A stretch of DNA of 64,000 nucleotides from Candidatus Fervidifonticultor secundus. Its GTDB lineage: Bacteria > Sysuimicrobiota > Sysuimicrobiia > Sysuimicrobiales > Humicultoraceae. The stretch is taken from NCBI GenBank assembly GCA_031459385.1, contig JAVKIP010000001.1, positions 1 to 64,000 on the forward strand. The letters are read 5' to 3'. Below are positions 29,696 to 38,712 of the stretch, one piece after another (position 1 is the stretch's first letter; each line of letters starts with the position of its first letter). The notes below the pieces were generated by a model that saw nothing but the letters and a program-made list of their open reading frames with translations, made no database searches and was not told the origin of the DNA. The position numbers and the translations under genes were made by a program.

Positions 29696-31169
29696 CGGCT
29701 TCAGCAGCCGCTGTGCGCCGGCGGGCCTGCTGTCCGTCGCGCGGGTGGTGATGGAGTACTGCTGGCTCGGGCCGTGGCTGGTGGTGCTGGGCGGCGCGCT
29801 GTACGGGCCGACGCGCCCGCTGCTCGGGCCAGGCTGGGCGCTGGTCCTGCTGCTCGGCGGTGAGGCCGCGGCCCGCGCGGCGCTGGCCCGCGCCGCCACG
29901 CTGCAGCGTGCGCGGGCGGTCCTGATGGGCGCCGGCCTCGCCGTCGGGCTCGCGGCGGTGCACCAGCAGTACTATGCTGGCGTTCCCCTGTGGAACGCCG
30001 GCTGGTTGTGGCAGCTGCTGATCGCGGTGCACGCCGTGCTGCCGGAGGTCCCGCAGGCCGTGGCCGGAGCGGCAGCGGCGGCGTGCCTGTGGTGGCGCGG
30101 GCTCGCGCTGGGGATGCGCGAGGTCAGCGCCCCGGCCATCGAGGAGGCGTACAAGACCGGCGTCGCGATGATCGTGCTCTACCTGCTCGCTGCCGCAGTG
30201 TACGGCGACACCCGGGCGTTCGCCGCAGCCGGCGGCGCGCTGCCGGCGTCGCTGCCGCTGTTCTTCGCCGTCGGGCTGTCGGCGCTGGCGCTGGCGCGCC
30301 TGTCGGGAATCTGGGAGCGCGACCCGGACGACGGCACGTGGCAGTACCGCCACGGGTGGCCGCTGCTGCTGGTGCTCGCGGTCACCGGGATGATCTTGGT
30401 CGTGGCGGGCGCAGCGGCCGGCCTGGCCACGGCGGACGTGTACCGGTACCTGGGGCTGGTGCTGACCCCCCTCCTCCCGCTGCTGGAGGGTGTCTTCCTG
30501 CTGCTCTTCCTCGCGGCCAGCGTTGTGGCGCGGGTGGTGCTGGTCGTGCTGGCGCGGCTGCCGCGGCGCGAGGTGCCGCCGGCCGAGGTGCCGGGGGGGC
30601 CGGTTGCCGAACTCCTGCGCCGGCTGCGCGACCTGGACGTCCACCCGCATGTGGTCGAAGGGGCCCGCTGGGGCATGGCCGCCGCGCTGCTGCTGGCGCT
30701 GGTGCTGGGCATGGCGATCACGCTGGCCCTGGCGCGGCGCCGGCTGCAACCGTCGGACGGCGACGAACACGAGTCGGTGTGGTCGCTGCGCGCGGCGCTG
30801 ACCCCGCTGGCGGCGCTGCTGGCGCGCAGCCGGCTGCCGGGCACCAGCCGCGAGGAGCATGCGGAGCCGAACGCCGGCGTGATCCGTCGGATCTACCGCG
30901 ACCTGCTGGCGCTGGGCGGGAGGCTTGGTGCGCCACGCGCGGCCTGGACGACGCCTCGCGAGCACGTCCCGCGCCTGCGCGCAGTGCTGCCGGGGGCCGC
31001 GAGCGAGGTCGAGGCGTTGACGTGGGCATACGAACGCGTGCGGTACGGCCGCTGGCGTCCCGCCGCCGCTGACGTGCACGGCGCCCTGGCGGCCTGGCGG
31101 CGCGTGCAGGCGCTGGGGCATGCGGCGGAGCCGGGTAGCGCGCCGGCATGGCCTGACCGTCCATCCTGA
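29664..31169 (+). CDS. Multi-pass membrane protein with C-terminal DUF4129 (start uncertain, possibly ~29751)
   Basis: Many TMs; C-terminal IRRIYRDLL...TTPREH...LTWAYERVRYG. Confidence 0.8.
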   Translation: MRWTLSARRPDGFSSRCAPAGLLSVARVVMEYCWLGPWLVVLGGALYGPTRPLLGPGWALVLLLGGEAAARAALARAATLQRARAVLMGAGLAVGLAAVHQQYYAGVPLWNAGWLWQLLIAVHAVLPEVPQAVAGAAAAACLWWRGLALGMREVSAPAIEEAYKTGVAMIVLYLLAAAVYGDTRAFAAAGGALPASLPLFFAVGLSALALARLSGIWERDPDDGTWQYRHGWPLLLVLAVTGMILVVAGAAAGLATADVYRYLGLVLTPLLPLLEGVFLLLFLAASVVARVVLVVLARLPRREVPPAEVPGGPVAELLRRLRDLDVHPHVVEGARWGMAAALLLALVLGMAITLALARRRLQPSDGDEHESVWSLRAALTPLAALLARSRLPGTSREEHAEPNAGVIRRIYRDLLALGGRLGAPRAAWTTPREHVPRLRAVLPGAASEVEALTWAYERVRYGRWRPAAADVHGALAAWRRVQALGHAAEPGSAPAWPDRPS

Positions 31170-31183
31170 GGAGGTACGAACGC

Positions 31184-31846
31184 ATGGCACAGGAACCCCT
31201 GCCGCCGCACCTGCACCAGTACCTGGACGGCCTGGTGCCGCCCCGGCCCCCGGAGATGGAGGCGATGGAAGCCTGGGCGCGCGAGCACCACTTCCCCATC
31301 GTGGGCCCGGCCGCCGGGCATTTCTGCTACCTCGTCGCGCGGCTGATCGGCGCACGCGCGGTCTTCGAGCTGGGCTCGGGCTACGGCTACTCGACGGCCT
31401 GGTTCGCGCGGGCGGTGAAGGAGAACGGCGGCGGCGTCGTGCACCACGTGGTGTGGGACGAGGAGCTCTCGCGCCGCGCCCGGCGGCACCTGGCGGCCCT
31501 GGGCGTCGGCGACGTCGTGCGCTATCGCGTCGGCGAAGCGGTACAGGCGCTGCGCGAGACCCCGGGCCCCTTCGACCTGATCTTCAACGACATCGAGAAG
31601 CAGGACTACCCGGCCTCGCTGCCCGTCATCGAGGAGCGACTGCGGCCGGGCGGTGTGCTCATCGCCGACAACCTGCTCTTCCACGGCCGCATCTTCGATG
31701 CCGCCGACCGCTCGGCGTCGGTGGAGGGGATCCGGGAGTTCACCCGGATGGTGACCGCGGCTCCAAGGTGGCTGGCGACCATCGTGCCGATCCGCGACGG
31801 CCTGCTGGTCGCGCAGAAGCTCGAGGCGGCCGGTCGGACGAGCTGA
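31184..31846 (+). CDS. Class I SAM-dependent O-methyltransferase
   Basis: VFELGSGYGYS, FDLIFNDIEK, LRPGGVLIADN. Confidence 0.92.
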   Translation: MAQEPLPPHLHQYLDGLVPPRPPEMEAMEAWAREHHFPIVGPAAGHFCYLVARLIGARAVFELGSGYGYSTAWFARAVKENGGGVVHHVVWDEELSRRARRHLAALGVGDVVRYRVGEAVQALRETPGPFDLIFNDIEKQDYPASLPVIEERLRPGGVLIADNLLFHGRIFDAADRSASVEGIREFTRMVTAAPRWLATIVPIRDGLLVAQKLEAAGRTS

Positions 31847-31932
31847 TCGCTGAGGCGGTTGCTCCGCTGCGTGAGCACCTCCGGCGTCGTCCGGCCCACG
31901 CCTGCGGTGTCGGCCTGCGCGGGGGCCCAGCC

Positions 31933-32829
31933 TCAGCTGGTCAGCCGCGGGTCCAGCGTGTCCCGCAGCCAGTCGCCCACCAGGTTCACACCCAGCGCGG
32001 TGAGGACCAGCGCCAGACCCGGGAACGTCGTGAGCCACCAGGCGTTGTAGATGTAGGTCCGGCCTTCGTTCAGCATGTTGCCCCACGACGCCGTGGGCGG
32101 CTGGACGCCGAAGCCCAGGAAGCTGATGGCCGCTTCGGCGACGATGTACTGCGCCACCTGCAGCGAGGAGACCACGATGACGGGCGTCCAGAGGTTGGGC
32201 AGCAGGTGGCGGATGACGATGCGCGGCGCGGGCGCGCCCAGCGCCCGCGCCGCCTCGACGTACTCCAGCGTCTTGAGCGCCAGCACCTCGCCGCGCACCA
32301 GCCGCGCGTAGACCACCCAGCCCGTGATGATGAGGGTGAGGACGATGTTCTGCAGGCCGATGCCCAGGATGGCGTTGACCACCAACGCCAGCAGGATGAA
32401 CGGGAACGAGAGCTGGACGTCCACCAGTCGCATCAGCACCACGTCCGCGACCCCGCCCAGGTAGCCTGAGAGCAGGCCCAGCGTCAGCCCCACCGCGCCG
32501 GCGACGCCAACGGTGGCCAGGCCGATAATGAGCGAGACCCGGGCGCCGTAGAGGATGCGCGTGTAGAGGTCGCGCCCGAGCTGGTCGGTGCCGAACCAGT
32601 GCTGGCGCGAGGGCGGGCGCAGGGACCGGCCCAGGTCGCTTTCGGCCGGGCCGTAGGGCGCGAGGACGGGTGCCAGGACGGCTGCCACGGTGACCACGGC
32701 GACGACGGCCAGGCCGAACGCCCCGCTGCGGGTGAGGACGAGCCGGTAGCGCGGGCGCAGCGCCGGGGCTGCGACCGACGCGGCGGCAGGCCGCGCCAGC
32801 GGGCGGTCGGAGGCCGGCGCGCTACGCAT
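31933..32829 (-). CDS. Peptide/nickel ABC permease (DppC-like)
   Basis: HWFGTDQLGRD, EYVEAARALG, RHLLPN, FLGFG. Confidence 0.93.
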   Translation of the reverse strand: MRSAPASDRPLARPAAASVAAPALRPRYRLVLTRSGAFGLAVVAVVTVAAVLAPVLAPYGPAESDLGRSLRPPSRQHWFGTDQLGRDLYTRILYGARVSLIIGLATVGVAGAVGLTLGLLSGYLGGVADVVLMRLVDVQLSFPFILLALVVNAILGIGLQNIVLTLIITGWVVYARLVRGEVLALKTLEYVEAARALGAPAPRIVIRHLLPNLWTPVIVVSSLQVAQYIVAEAAISFLGFGVQPPTASWGNMLNEGRTYIYNAWWLTTFPGLALVLTALGVNLVGDWLRDTLDPRLTS

Positions 32830-33739
32830 ACCGGATGCGCGGGTTGAGCCAGGCGTAGGCCAGGTCGGCCAACAGGTTGAGCAGCGAGTAGGCCACGGCG
32901 GTCAGGAAGACGCCCACGAGCACCACGGGGAAGTCGCGGTTGAGCAGGGCCTGTACCAGGAACCGACCTACCCCGGGCCAGGCGAAGATCGTCTCGGTGA
33001 TGACCGCGCCGCCCAGCAGCTGGCCGAGCTGGAGGGCCAGCAGCGTCACGATGGGGAGGCTGGCGTTCTTGAGCGCGTGCCGGTAGAGCACGCGCCGCGG
33101 CCCCAGGCCCTTGGCCCGCGCGGTGCGCACGTAGTCCTGGCCCAGGGCGTCCAGCATCATCGAACGCGTCAGGCGGGCGAACCGCGCCGCCACGAACGCC
33201 GCCAGCGTGATGGAGGGCAGGATGTAGTGCACCCAGGTTCCCCGACCGCCGGTGGGGAGCACCTTGAGCCAGACGGCGAAGACGTAGATCAGCATCAGCC
33301 CCAGCCAGAAGCCTGGGACGGCCTGGCCGAGCACGGTGGCCCCGATCCCCAGGTGGTCGAACCAGGAGTTGCGGCGTGCGGCGGAGAGCACGCCCACCGG
33401 GATGGCGATGGCCAGGGCCAGGGCCATGGCCACGCCCGAGAGTGCCAGCGTGGCGGGGAACCGCTCCAGGACCAGGGCCAGCGCCGGCTCGCCCTGGCGC
33501 AGGGATCGGCCGAAGTCGCCGTGCAGGGCCCCGCGCATGAAGCGGACGTACTGGACGAGCCAGGGGTCGTCCAGGCCCAGGCGCGCGCGGAACTCCTCGA
33601 TCTGTTTGGGCGTCGTGTCCGTGGGCAGGAACAGCTTCACGGGATCGCCGGCCAGGAACTGCAGGCTGAAGACGGCCGTGAGGGCCAGCAGGACGACGAC
33701 CGCGGCCTCGAGGAGGCGGCGGGTGACGAACTGGAGCAT
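32822..33739 (-). CDS. Peptide/nickel ABC permease (DppB-like)
   Basis: GDFGRS, DYVRTARAKG, HALKNA, ETIFAWPGVG. Confidence 0.93.
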   Translation of the reverse strand: MLQFVTRRLLEAAVVVLLALTAVFSLQFLAGDPVKLFLPTDTTPKQIEEFRARLGLDDPWLVQYVRFMRGALHGDFGRSLRQGEPALALVLERFPATLALSGVAMALALAIAIPVGVLSAARRNSWFDHLGIGATVLGQAVPGFWLGLMLIYVFAVWLKVLPTGGRGTWVHYILPSITLAAFVAARFARLTRSMMLDALGQDYVRTARAKGLGPRRVLYRHALKNASLPIVTLLALQLGQLLGGAVITETIFAWPGVGRFLVQALLNRDFPVVLVGVFLTAVAYSLLNLLADLAYAWLNPRIRYA

Positions 33740-33757
33740 CGGCGGCCGACGCGCAAG

Positions 33758-33787
33758 GGGGCGGGGCGCGCTCGCGCGCCCCGCCCC
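33758..33787 (-). other. Intercistronic stem-loop after the SBP gene (probable mRNA stabiliser or attenuator)
   Basis: Perfect 13-bp stem GGGGCGGGGCGCG-ctcg-CGCGCCCCGCCCC. Confidence 0.65.
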
Positions 33788-33799
33788 TGTCCTAGCCTG

Positions 33800-35320
33800 C
33801 TAGCGCCGGCTCCACGACGCGTCGTGGAGGAAGATCTTCTCGGCCGGGTGCGGTTGCCAGTTCACCCGCTTGTTGACCCCGTAGAGGTCGTGCTGCTGCC
33901 AGAGAAAGATCCACGGCGCCTCGGTGTACAGCATGACCTGGATACGGTACCAGGCGCGGCGCCGCTTCTCCGGGTCGACGACCGGCAGGATCCTGTTGAT
34001 CTCCTGTGTGAGGGCGGGGGTGCCGAACCCGCTGTAGGTCCGCTCGGGCCGGAACAGTTCGGCAATGGTGCCCTGCGCCTCCAGAGCCGGCCCCCAGCCC
34101 AGGTAGAACATCTCGCCGGTGCGGCGGTTGATGATCTTGTCCAGGTGCGTGCCCCATTCGTTCACCTGCACGCGCACCCTGATGCCGATGCGACCCAGGT
34201 AGGCGGCGATCGCCTCCGCCGCTTCCTTGTCGAGCGGGTAGCGACCCGAGGGCGAATCGAGGGTGAACTCCAGCCGGGACGGGTCGTAGCCGGCTTCCTT
34301 GAGGAGCTGGACCGCTCGCTGGGGGTCGTAGGGGTACGGTTTGAGGTTCGGGTTGACGTCCTGGTTGAGGGCTGACAGCGCGCCGGGAATACGCGTGGCG
34401 CGCCCCTTGAACAGGTTAGCGATGATTTCGTCGACGTTCACGGCGTAGTTGAGCGCCTGCCGAACGCGCCGGTCCTGCATGGGCCCCGGCTTGAGGTTCA
34501 CCAGGGCCACGTAGTTGATGCGCGAGGACGCCACCCCGCGGACCTCGGCGATCCCGCTGCGATTCACCTGGTCCACGGCCACGGGCGGCACGTCCTTGAC
34601 GATGTCGGCCTCGCCGGCCAGCAGCGCGGCCAGGCGGGCGCTGAAGTCGGGGATGAAGCGGAACTCCACCCGGCGGACGGCCGGCGCGCCATTCCAGTAG
34701 TTTGGGTTGGCCTCGAGCACCAGCCGCTCGTCGCGGTCCCAGCGCACGAACCGGTACGGGCCGGCGCCGACGGGTTGCCGGTTGGCCTGCTCGTTGCCCA
34801 CCTGCCGGATGTACCTGGCGTTGTGCACGGTGAAGTCCACCAGCCAGAAACGCAGGATGGGCGCGGGCTCCTTGGTCTTGATGCGGACCGTCAGCGGGTC
34901 GACTGCCTCGACGGCGTCGACGAACGAGAAGCGCGGCCGGTAGTGGGACTGGTTCCGGGCGTCGAGGAGCCACTCGATGGTGGACTTCACATCCTCGGCC
35001 GTGAGCGGGTCGCCGTTGTGGAAGCGCACGTTGGGGCGCAGCTTGATGACCCACGTGAGGTCGTCCGGCGTCTGGGGCAGCTCGGCAGCCAGGGACGGCC
35101 TGATGCGCGGCGGCATGCCGTCCCAGAAATACAGCCGGTCGTAGATGTTCATCTGCTGCACGTTGGTCGTCCAGTCCACGATGTGCATGGCCAGCAGGCT
35201 GCGGGGCTCGGCGCCCAGGGCCACCACCAGCGGGCGTTCCTGGGCCTGGCCAGCCGGCGGCTGGCTGCCCACAAGCGTCAGGAGCAGTGCGGCGATCACT
35301 CCCACCGCGATCCTGCCCAT
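33800..35320 (-). CDS. ABC substrate-binding protein, family 5 (DppA-like)
   Basis: ATG 35320 with SD GAGGAGG and a signal peptide; LRPNVRFHNGDPLTAEDV, PVGAGPY, VRQALNYA. Confidence 0.92.
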   Translation of the reverse strand: MGRIAVGVIAALLLTLVGSQPPAGQAQERPLVVALGAEPRSLLAMHIVDWTTNVQQMNIYDRLYFWDGMPPRIRPSLAAELPQTPDDLTWVIKLRPNVRFHNGDPLTAEDVKSTIEWLLDARNQSHYRPRFSFVDAVEAVDPLTVRIKTKEPAPILRFWLVDFTVHNARYIRQVGNEQANRQPVGAGPYRFVRWDRDERLVLEANPNYWNGAPAVRRVEFRFIPDFSARLAALLAGEADIVKDVPPVAVDQVNRSGIAEVRGVASSRINYVALVNLKPGPMQDRRVRQALNYAVNVDEIIANLFKGRATRIPGALSALNQDVNPNLKPYPYDPQRAVQLLKEAGYDPSRLEFTLDSPSGRYPLDKEAAEAIAAYLGRIGIRVRVQVNEWGTHLDKIINRRTGEMFYLGWGPALEAQGTIAELFRPERTYSGFGTPALTQEINRILPVVDPEKRRRAWYRIQVMLYTEAPWIFLWQQHDLYGVNKRVNWQPHPAEKIFLHDASWSRR

Positions 35321-35365
35321 GCGGATCCCTCCTCGTGCGGCCCTCGATACGGGATGTTGAGGCCT

Positions 35366-35548
35366 ATTTCCGCCCGCTGGCGAGGAATCCTCCGGCGGCC
35401 CGCCGGAGGAGGTCGGTGGCTCCCGGGTATCGGGAGCGGAGGTTGGGTGGCGCCTCGGGCGGGAGCGTGGAGCCAGGAGTCGCCCGGGGCCGGGAACGGC
35501 GGGGCAGGAGTCGCGCCGGGCCAGGAATCGCGCGCGTGGCACCAGAAC
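35366..35548. promoter_or_regulatory. Divergent promoter region with sigma-H-like motifs, two hairpins and CAGGARTCGC repeats
   Basis: Minus GGAGGA-N17-GAAAT (35393-35366); plus CCAGGA-N18-GAAC (35521-35548); stems at 35388-35410 and 35419-35437. Confidence 0.5.
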
Positions 35549-35675
35549 AAGATACGCGCCGCGGGGGAGAGGGCTACACACCGGATACGCCGCCGGCGGC
35601 CGGCGGGTGGCGCGTGCGGCAGGGAACGGGCGGCACGGGGGCTCCCCTGGGGCAGCCCGACCAAGGAGTGATGGC

Positions 35676-36644
35676 ATGACGATGGCGATCTCGCTGCAGG
35701 AGAGCGTCAGGCGGGTCGTGCGCACCTGCGCACGGGTGCAGCCCGGCGAACTGGTCTGCATCGCGGCCGACACTAATACCGCGCCGATCGCCCACGTCCT
35801 GGCCGGGGCCGTGCGGGAGGCGGGCGCCGAGCCCGTGCTGGTCATCATGGATCCCCGCCAGGCCCACGGCAACGAGCCTCCGCGCGTCGTGGCTGCCGCC
35901 ATGAAGGCGGCGGACGTGGTGCTCCAGCCGGTGACGTACGCCATGACCCATACCGACGCTACCCAGGAGGCGCTGCGGGCGGGCGCGCGGGTGCTGGTGC
36001 TGCGGGGCGTGACCGAGGAGATCATGACCCACGGGGCGATGCTCGCGGACTACGACGAGATCGACCGGACCACGCGCGAGCTGGCCCGGCAGCTCACGGC
36101 GGCCGACACGGTTCGGGTGCGCACGCCGGCCGGGACGGACCTGCGGATGTCGGTAGCCGGCCGGGCCGCCGTGGCGCTGACCGGGCGTGTGGGCGGCCCC
36201 GGGACGTTCGCCGCCATGCCCGACGGCGAGGCGGCGATCGCGCCCGTCGAGGGCACGGCCGAGGGCACCCTGGTCATCGAGCACACCATGGACAACCTGG
36301 GGTTCCTGGACGCGCCGATCCGCATGACGGTCCGCAGCGGGCGGACGGTGGAGATCGCCGGCGGCGCGTCGGCGGACCGCCTGCGGGCCATGGTGGCCGC
36401 CGCGGATTCCAACGCCACCAACATCGCTGAGTTCGCCATCGGCACCAACGACCGCGCGCGCCTGATCGGTTCCATGACTGAAGACAAGAAGGTCCGCGGC
36501 ACCGTGCACGTCGCCATCGGCGACAACCACGTCATCGGCGGGACCGTGGTGAGCGAGCTGCACCTGGATGGCCTGCTGCTGCGGCCCACCGTGGAGCTGG
36601 ACGGTCGGGTCGTTGTGCAGGACGGCCGGCTGCTGATCGGCTGA
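35676..36644 (+). CDS. Peptidase M29-like (thermophilic metalloprotease fold) protein
   Basis: HGNEPP, MPDGEAAIAP, NIAEFAIGTN, GTVHVAIGDN, HLDG; SD AAGGAG. Confidence 0.8.
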   Translation: MTMAISLQESVRRVVRTCARVQPGELVCIAADTNTAPIAHVLAGAVREAGAEPVLVIMDPRQAHGNEPPRVVAAAMKAADVVLQPVTYAMTHTDATQEALRAGARVLVLRGVTEEIMTHGAMLADYDEIDRTTRELARQLTAADTVRVRTPAGTDLRMSVAGRAAVALTGRVGGPGTFAAMPDGEAAIAPVEGTAEGTLVIEHTMDNLGFLDAPIRMTVRSGRTVEIAGGASADRLRAMVAAADSNATNIAEFAIGTNDRARLIGSMTEDKKVRGTVHVAIGDNHVIGGTVVSELHLDGLLLRPTVELDGRVVVQDGRLLIG

Positions 36645-36659
36645 CGTGGCGTCTGGAAT

Positions 36660-37352
36660 GTGACACTCGACAGGGAGGGGATCGTGCGCCTGGTGGACCT
36701 GACCATTCCCTGGGGCCCGGAGATCGAGCCGGTCCCCGGTACTCCCCGGATCTTCTACGTGCCCATCATGCATCACGAGCTCCACGGCTACTCCACCGGG
36801 TACGCGACGTTCAGCATCCACACCGGGACCCACGTCGACGCGCCCTTCCACTTCGTCCGGGACGGCCTGACCATGGAGCAGGTGCCGCTGGAGTGGCTCA
36901 ACGGCCCCGCCGTGCTGCTCGACCTGCGCGCGGCGGCCCGGCCCGGGCAACCGCTGGCGGTGGAGGCGTTGCGCGCGGTGGCACCGGATGCGGACGAACT
37001 GCGCGACCGGCGCGTCGTCCTGTGGAGCGGGTGGGCGCAGGACCACTGGCGCGGTCCGGAGTTCTACCGGGACAACCCCTACCTGGCCACCGATACCGCG
37101 CAGTGGCTGATCGACGCCGGGGTCCGCGCCCTGGCCGTGGACTTCGCCGTCGACGGCGGGCCGCCCAAGCCGCCGGGGCAGCCCCGCTACCCGGTGCACG
37201 TCATCACGCTGGGCGCCGGCGTGTGCCTGATCGAGAACCTGATCAACCTGGACCGGATCGGCCGGCGCCACTTCACGCTGCTGGCGATGCCGGTGCCGGT
37301 CAAGGGCGGCAACGGCGGCCCCGCGCGCGTGGCGGCCTGGCTCGATGAGTGA
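36660..37352 (+). CDS. Cyclase family / kynurenine formamidase-like metal hydrolase
   Basis: HTGTHVDAPFH, IENLINL, GGNGGPAR. Confidence 0.92.
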   Translation: MTLDREGIVRLVDLTIPWGPEIEPVPGTPRIFYVPIMHHELHGYSTGYATFSIHTGTHVDAPFHFVRDGLTMEQVPLEWLNGPAVLLDLRAAARPGQPLAVEALRAVAPDADELRDRRVVLWSGWAQDHWRGPEFYRDNPYLATDTAQWLIDAGVRALAVDFAVDGGPPKPPGQPRYPVHVITLGAGVCLIENLINLDRIGRRHFTLLAMPVPVKGGNGGPARVAAWLDE

Positions 37353-37815
37353 CGGAGCCGGCGGGCCTCCCGGTGCGCCCGGCCTCCCCCTGGTCCGCGG
37401 GGTGCACCACCTGGGGATCCTGGTGCGCGATGCCCGCGCCGCCGCGGCGCGCTTCGCGCGCCTGGGGCTGGAGGTCGCGGCGTGGGAGGAGTACGGCCCC
37501 GGGCTGCTGCGCATCGGGTTCATCCCGGCCGGCGATGTGCTGTTGGAGCTGATCGAGCCCCTGGGCACCGAGGACTTCACCGCTCGCTGGGTGCGCCAGC
37601 GCGGCGAGGGTCTCCAGCACATCGCATTCCAGGTGGACGATCTGGGCGCGGTCCTGGCGCGGCTGCGCGCGCAGGGCGTGCCGCTGCAGGACGAGGCGCC
37701 TCGCCCCGGCGCCGCCAACACGCTGATCGCGTTCCTGGCCGCGGAGGTGGCCGAAGGCTTCCTGGTGGAGCTGACGCAGCCCCTGGGCCCGTGGCCCTGG
37801 ACCACCCGCCCGTGA
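37345..37815 (+). CDS. VOC family protein (methylmalonyl-CoA epimerase-like)
   Basis: HHLGILV, LELIEP, GEGLQHIAFQVDD, LVEL. Confidence 0.88.
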   Translation: MSDGAGGPPGAPGLPLVRGVHHLGILVRDARAAAARFARLGLEVAAWEEYGPGLLRIGFIPAGDVLLELIEPLGTEDFTARWVRQRGEGLQHIAFQVDDLGAVLARLRAQGVPLQDEAPRPGAANTLIAFLAAEVAEGFLVELTQPLGPWPWTTRP

Positions 37816-38711
37816 GTCGGGTCGCGGTCGTCCAGCTGGCGGCGCCGTGGGGCCCACCTGCCGTGATGCGGGCCCGGACCGTGCAGGCGCTGCACGCCGC
37901 CGCGGCGCGAGGTGCGCACCTGGTGGTGCTGCCCGAGCTCTGCACGATCTCCTACGACTTCCGCCGGCGGGACGACGTGGCCCCGCACGCGGAGGGCCTC
38001 GACGGCCCGACCGTGACGGCCTGGGCGGCCGTCGCCCGGCAGACCGGGGTGCACATCGTGGCCGGGGTGCCCGAGCGCGACGGGCCGCGGGTGTACAACG
38101 CCGCGGTGGTCCTGGGGCCTGGCGGCGTTTTGGGCGTCTACCGCAAGGCACACCTCTACGGGTTCGAGCGCGGGGTGTTCGAGCCGGGCGACACTGGTTT
38201 CCCCGTGTGGGAGACGCCGGCCGGACGGCTGGGTGTGCTGATCTGCTACGATCTGCGCTTCGCGGAGGCGGTGCGGATCCTGCTGGTGCGTGGCGCGCAG
38301 GTGCTGTGCGTGCCCACGACGTGGACGGACCGCGGCAAGCCGCAGCCCTGGGACCAGCACGGCTGGTGCGGCGCCGCCTACCTGGCCGCCGGGTACGCCT
38401 ACGGCAGCCGGTTCTGGGTGGCGTGCGCGGATCGCGCGGGTCAGGACGGGCGGGTCCGCACGCTGGGCTGCAGCGCGATCTTCGCGCCCTCCGGCGCGGC
38501 CGTCGCCGGGCCGGCGCCGCCCGACCGGGAGGATCTGCTGGTAGCGGAGGTGGACCCGGCGGTCGCCGACGGTCTTCGGGTGACGCCAGACGCCGACCTG
38601 GTGCGCGACCGCCGTCCCGACCTGTACGGAGAGCTGACGCGGCTCCTGCACGATGAGGCTGGCGCCCGACGGAGGGCCGGGGAAGGCCGCGGCGCCGACG
38701 GAGGAGGGTAG
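37812..38711 (+). CDS. Nitrilase-related carbon-nitrogen hydrolase
   Basis: Catalytic E-K-C in VLPELC, YRKAHL and ICYDLRF; GTGA overlap start. Confidence 0.92.
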   Translation: MSRVAVVQLAAPWGPPAVMRARTVQALHAAAARGAHLVVLPELCTISYDFRRRDDVAPHAEGLDGPTVTAWAAVARQTGVHIVAGVPERDGPRVYNAAVVLGPGGVLGVYRKAHLYGFERGVFEPGDTGFPVWETPAGRLGVLICYDLRFAEAVRILLVRGAQVLCVPTTWTDRGKPQPWDQHGWCGAAYLAAGYAYGSRFWVACADRAGQDGRVRTLGCSAIFAPSGAAVAGPAPPDREDLLVAEVDPAVADGLRVTPDADLVRDRRPDLYGELTRLLHDEAGARRRAGEGRGADGGG

Positions 38712-38712
38712 C

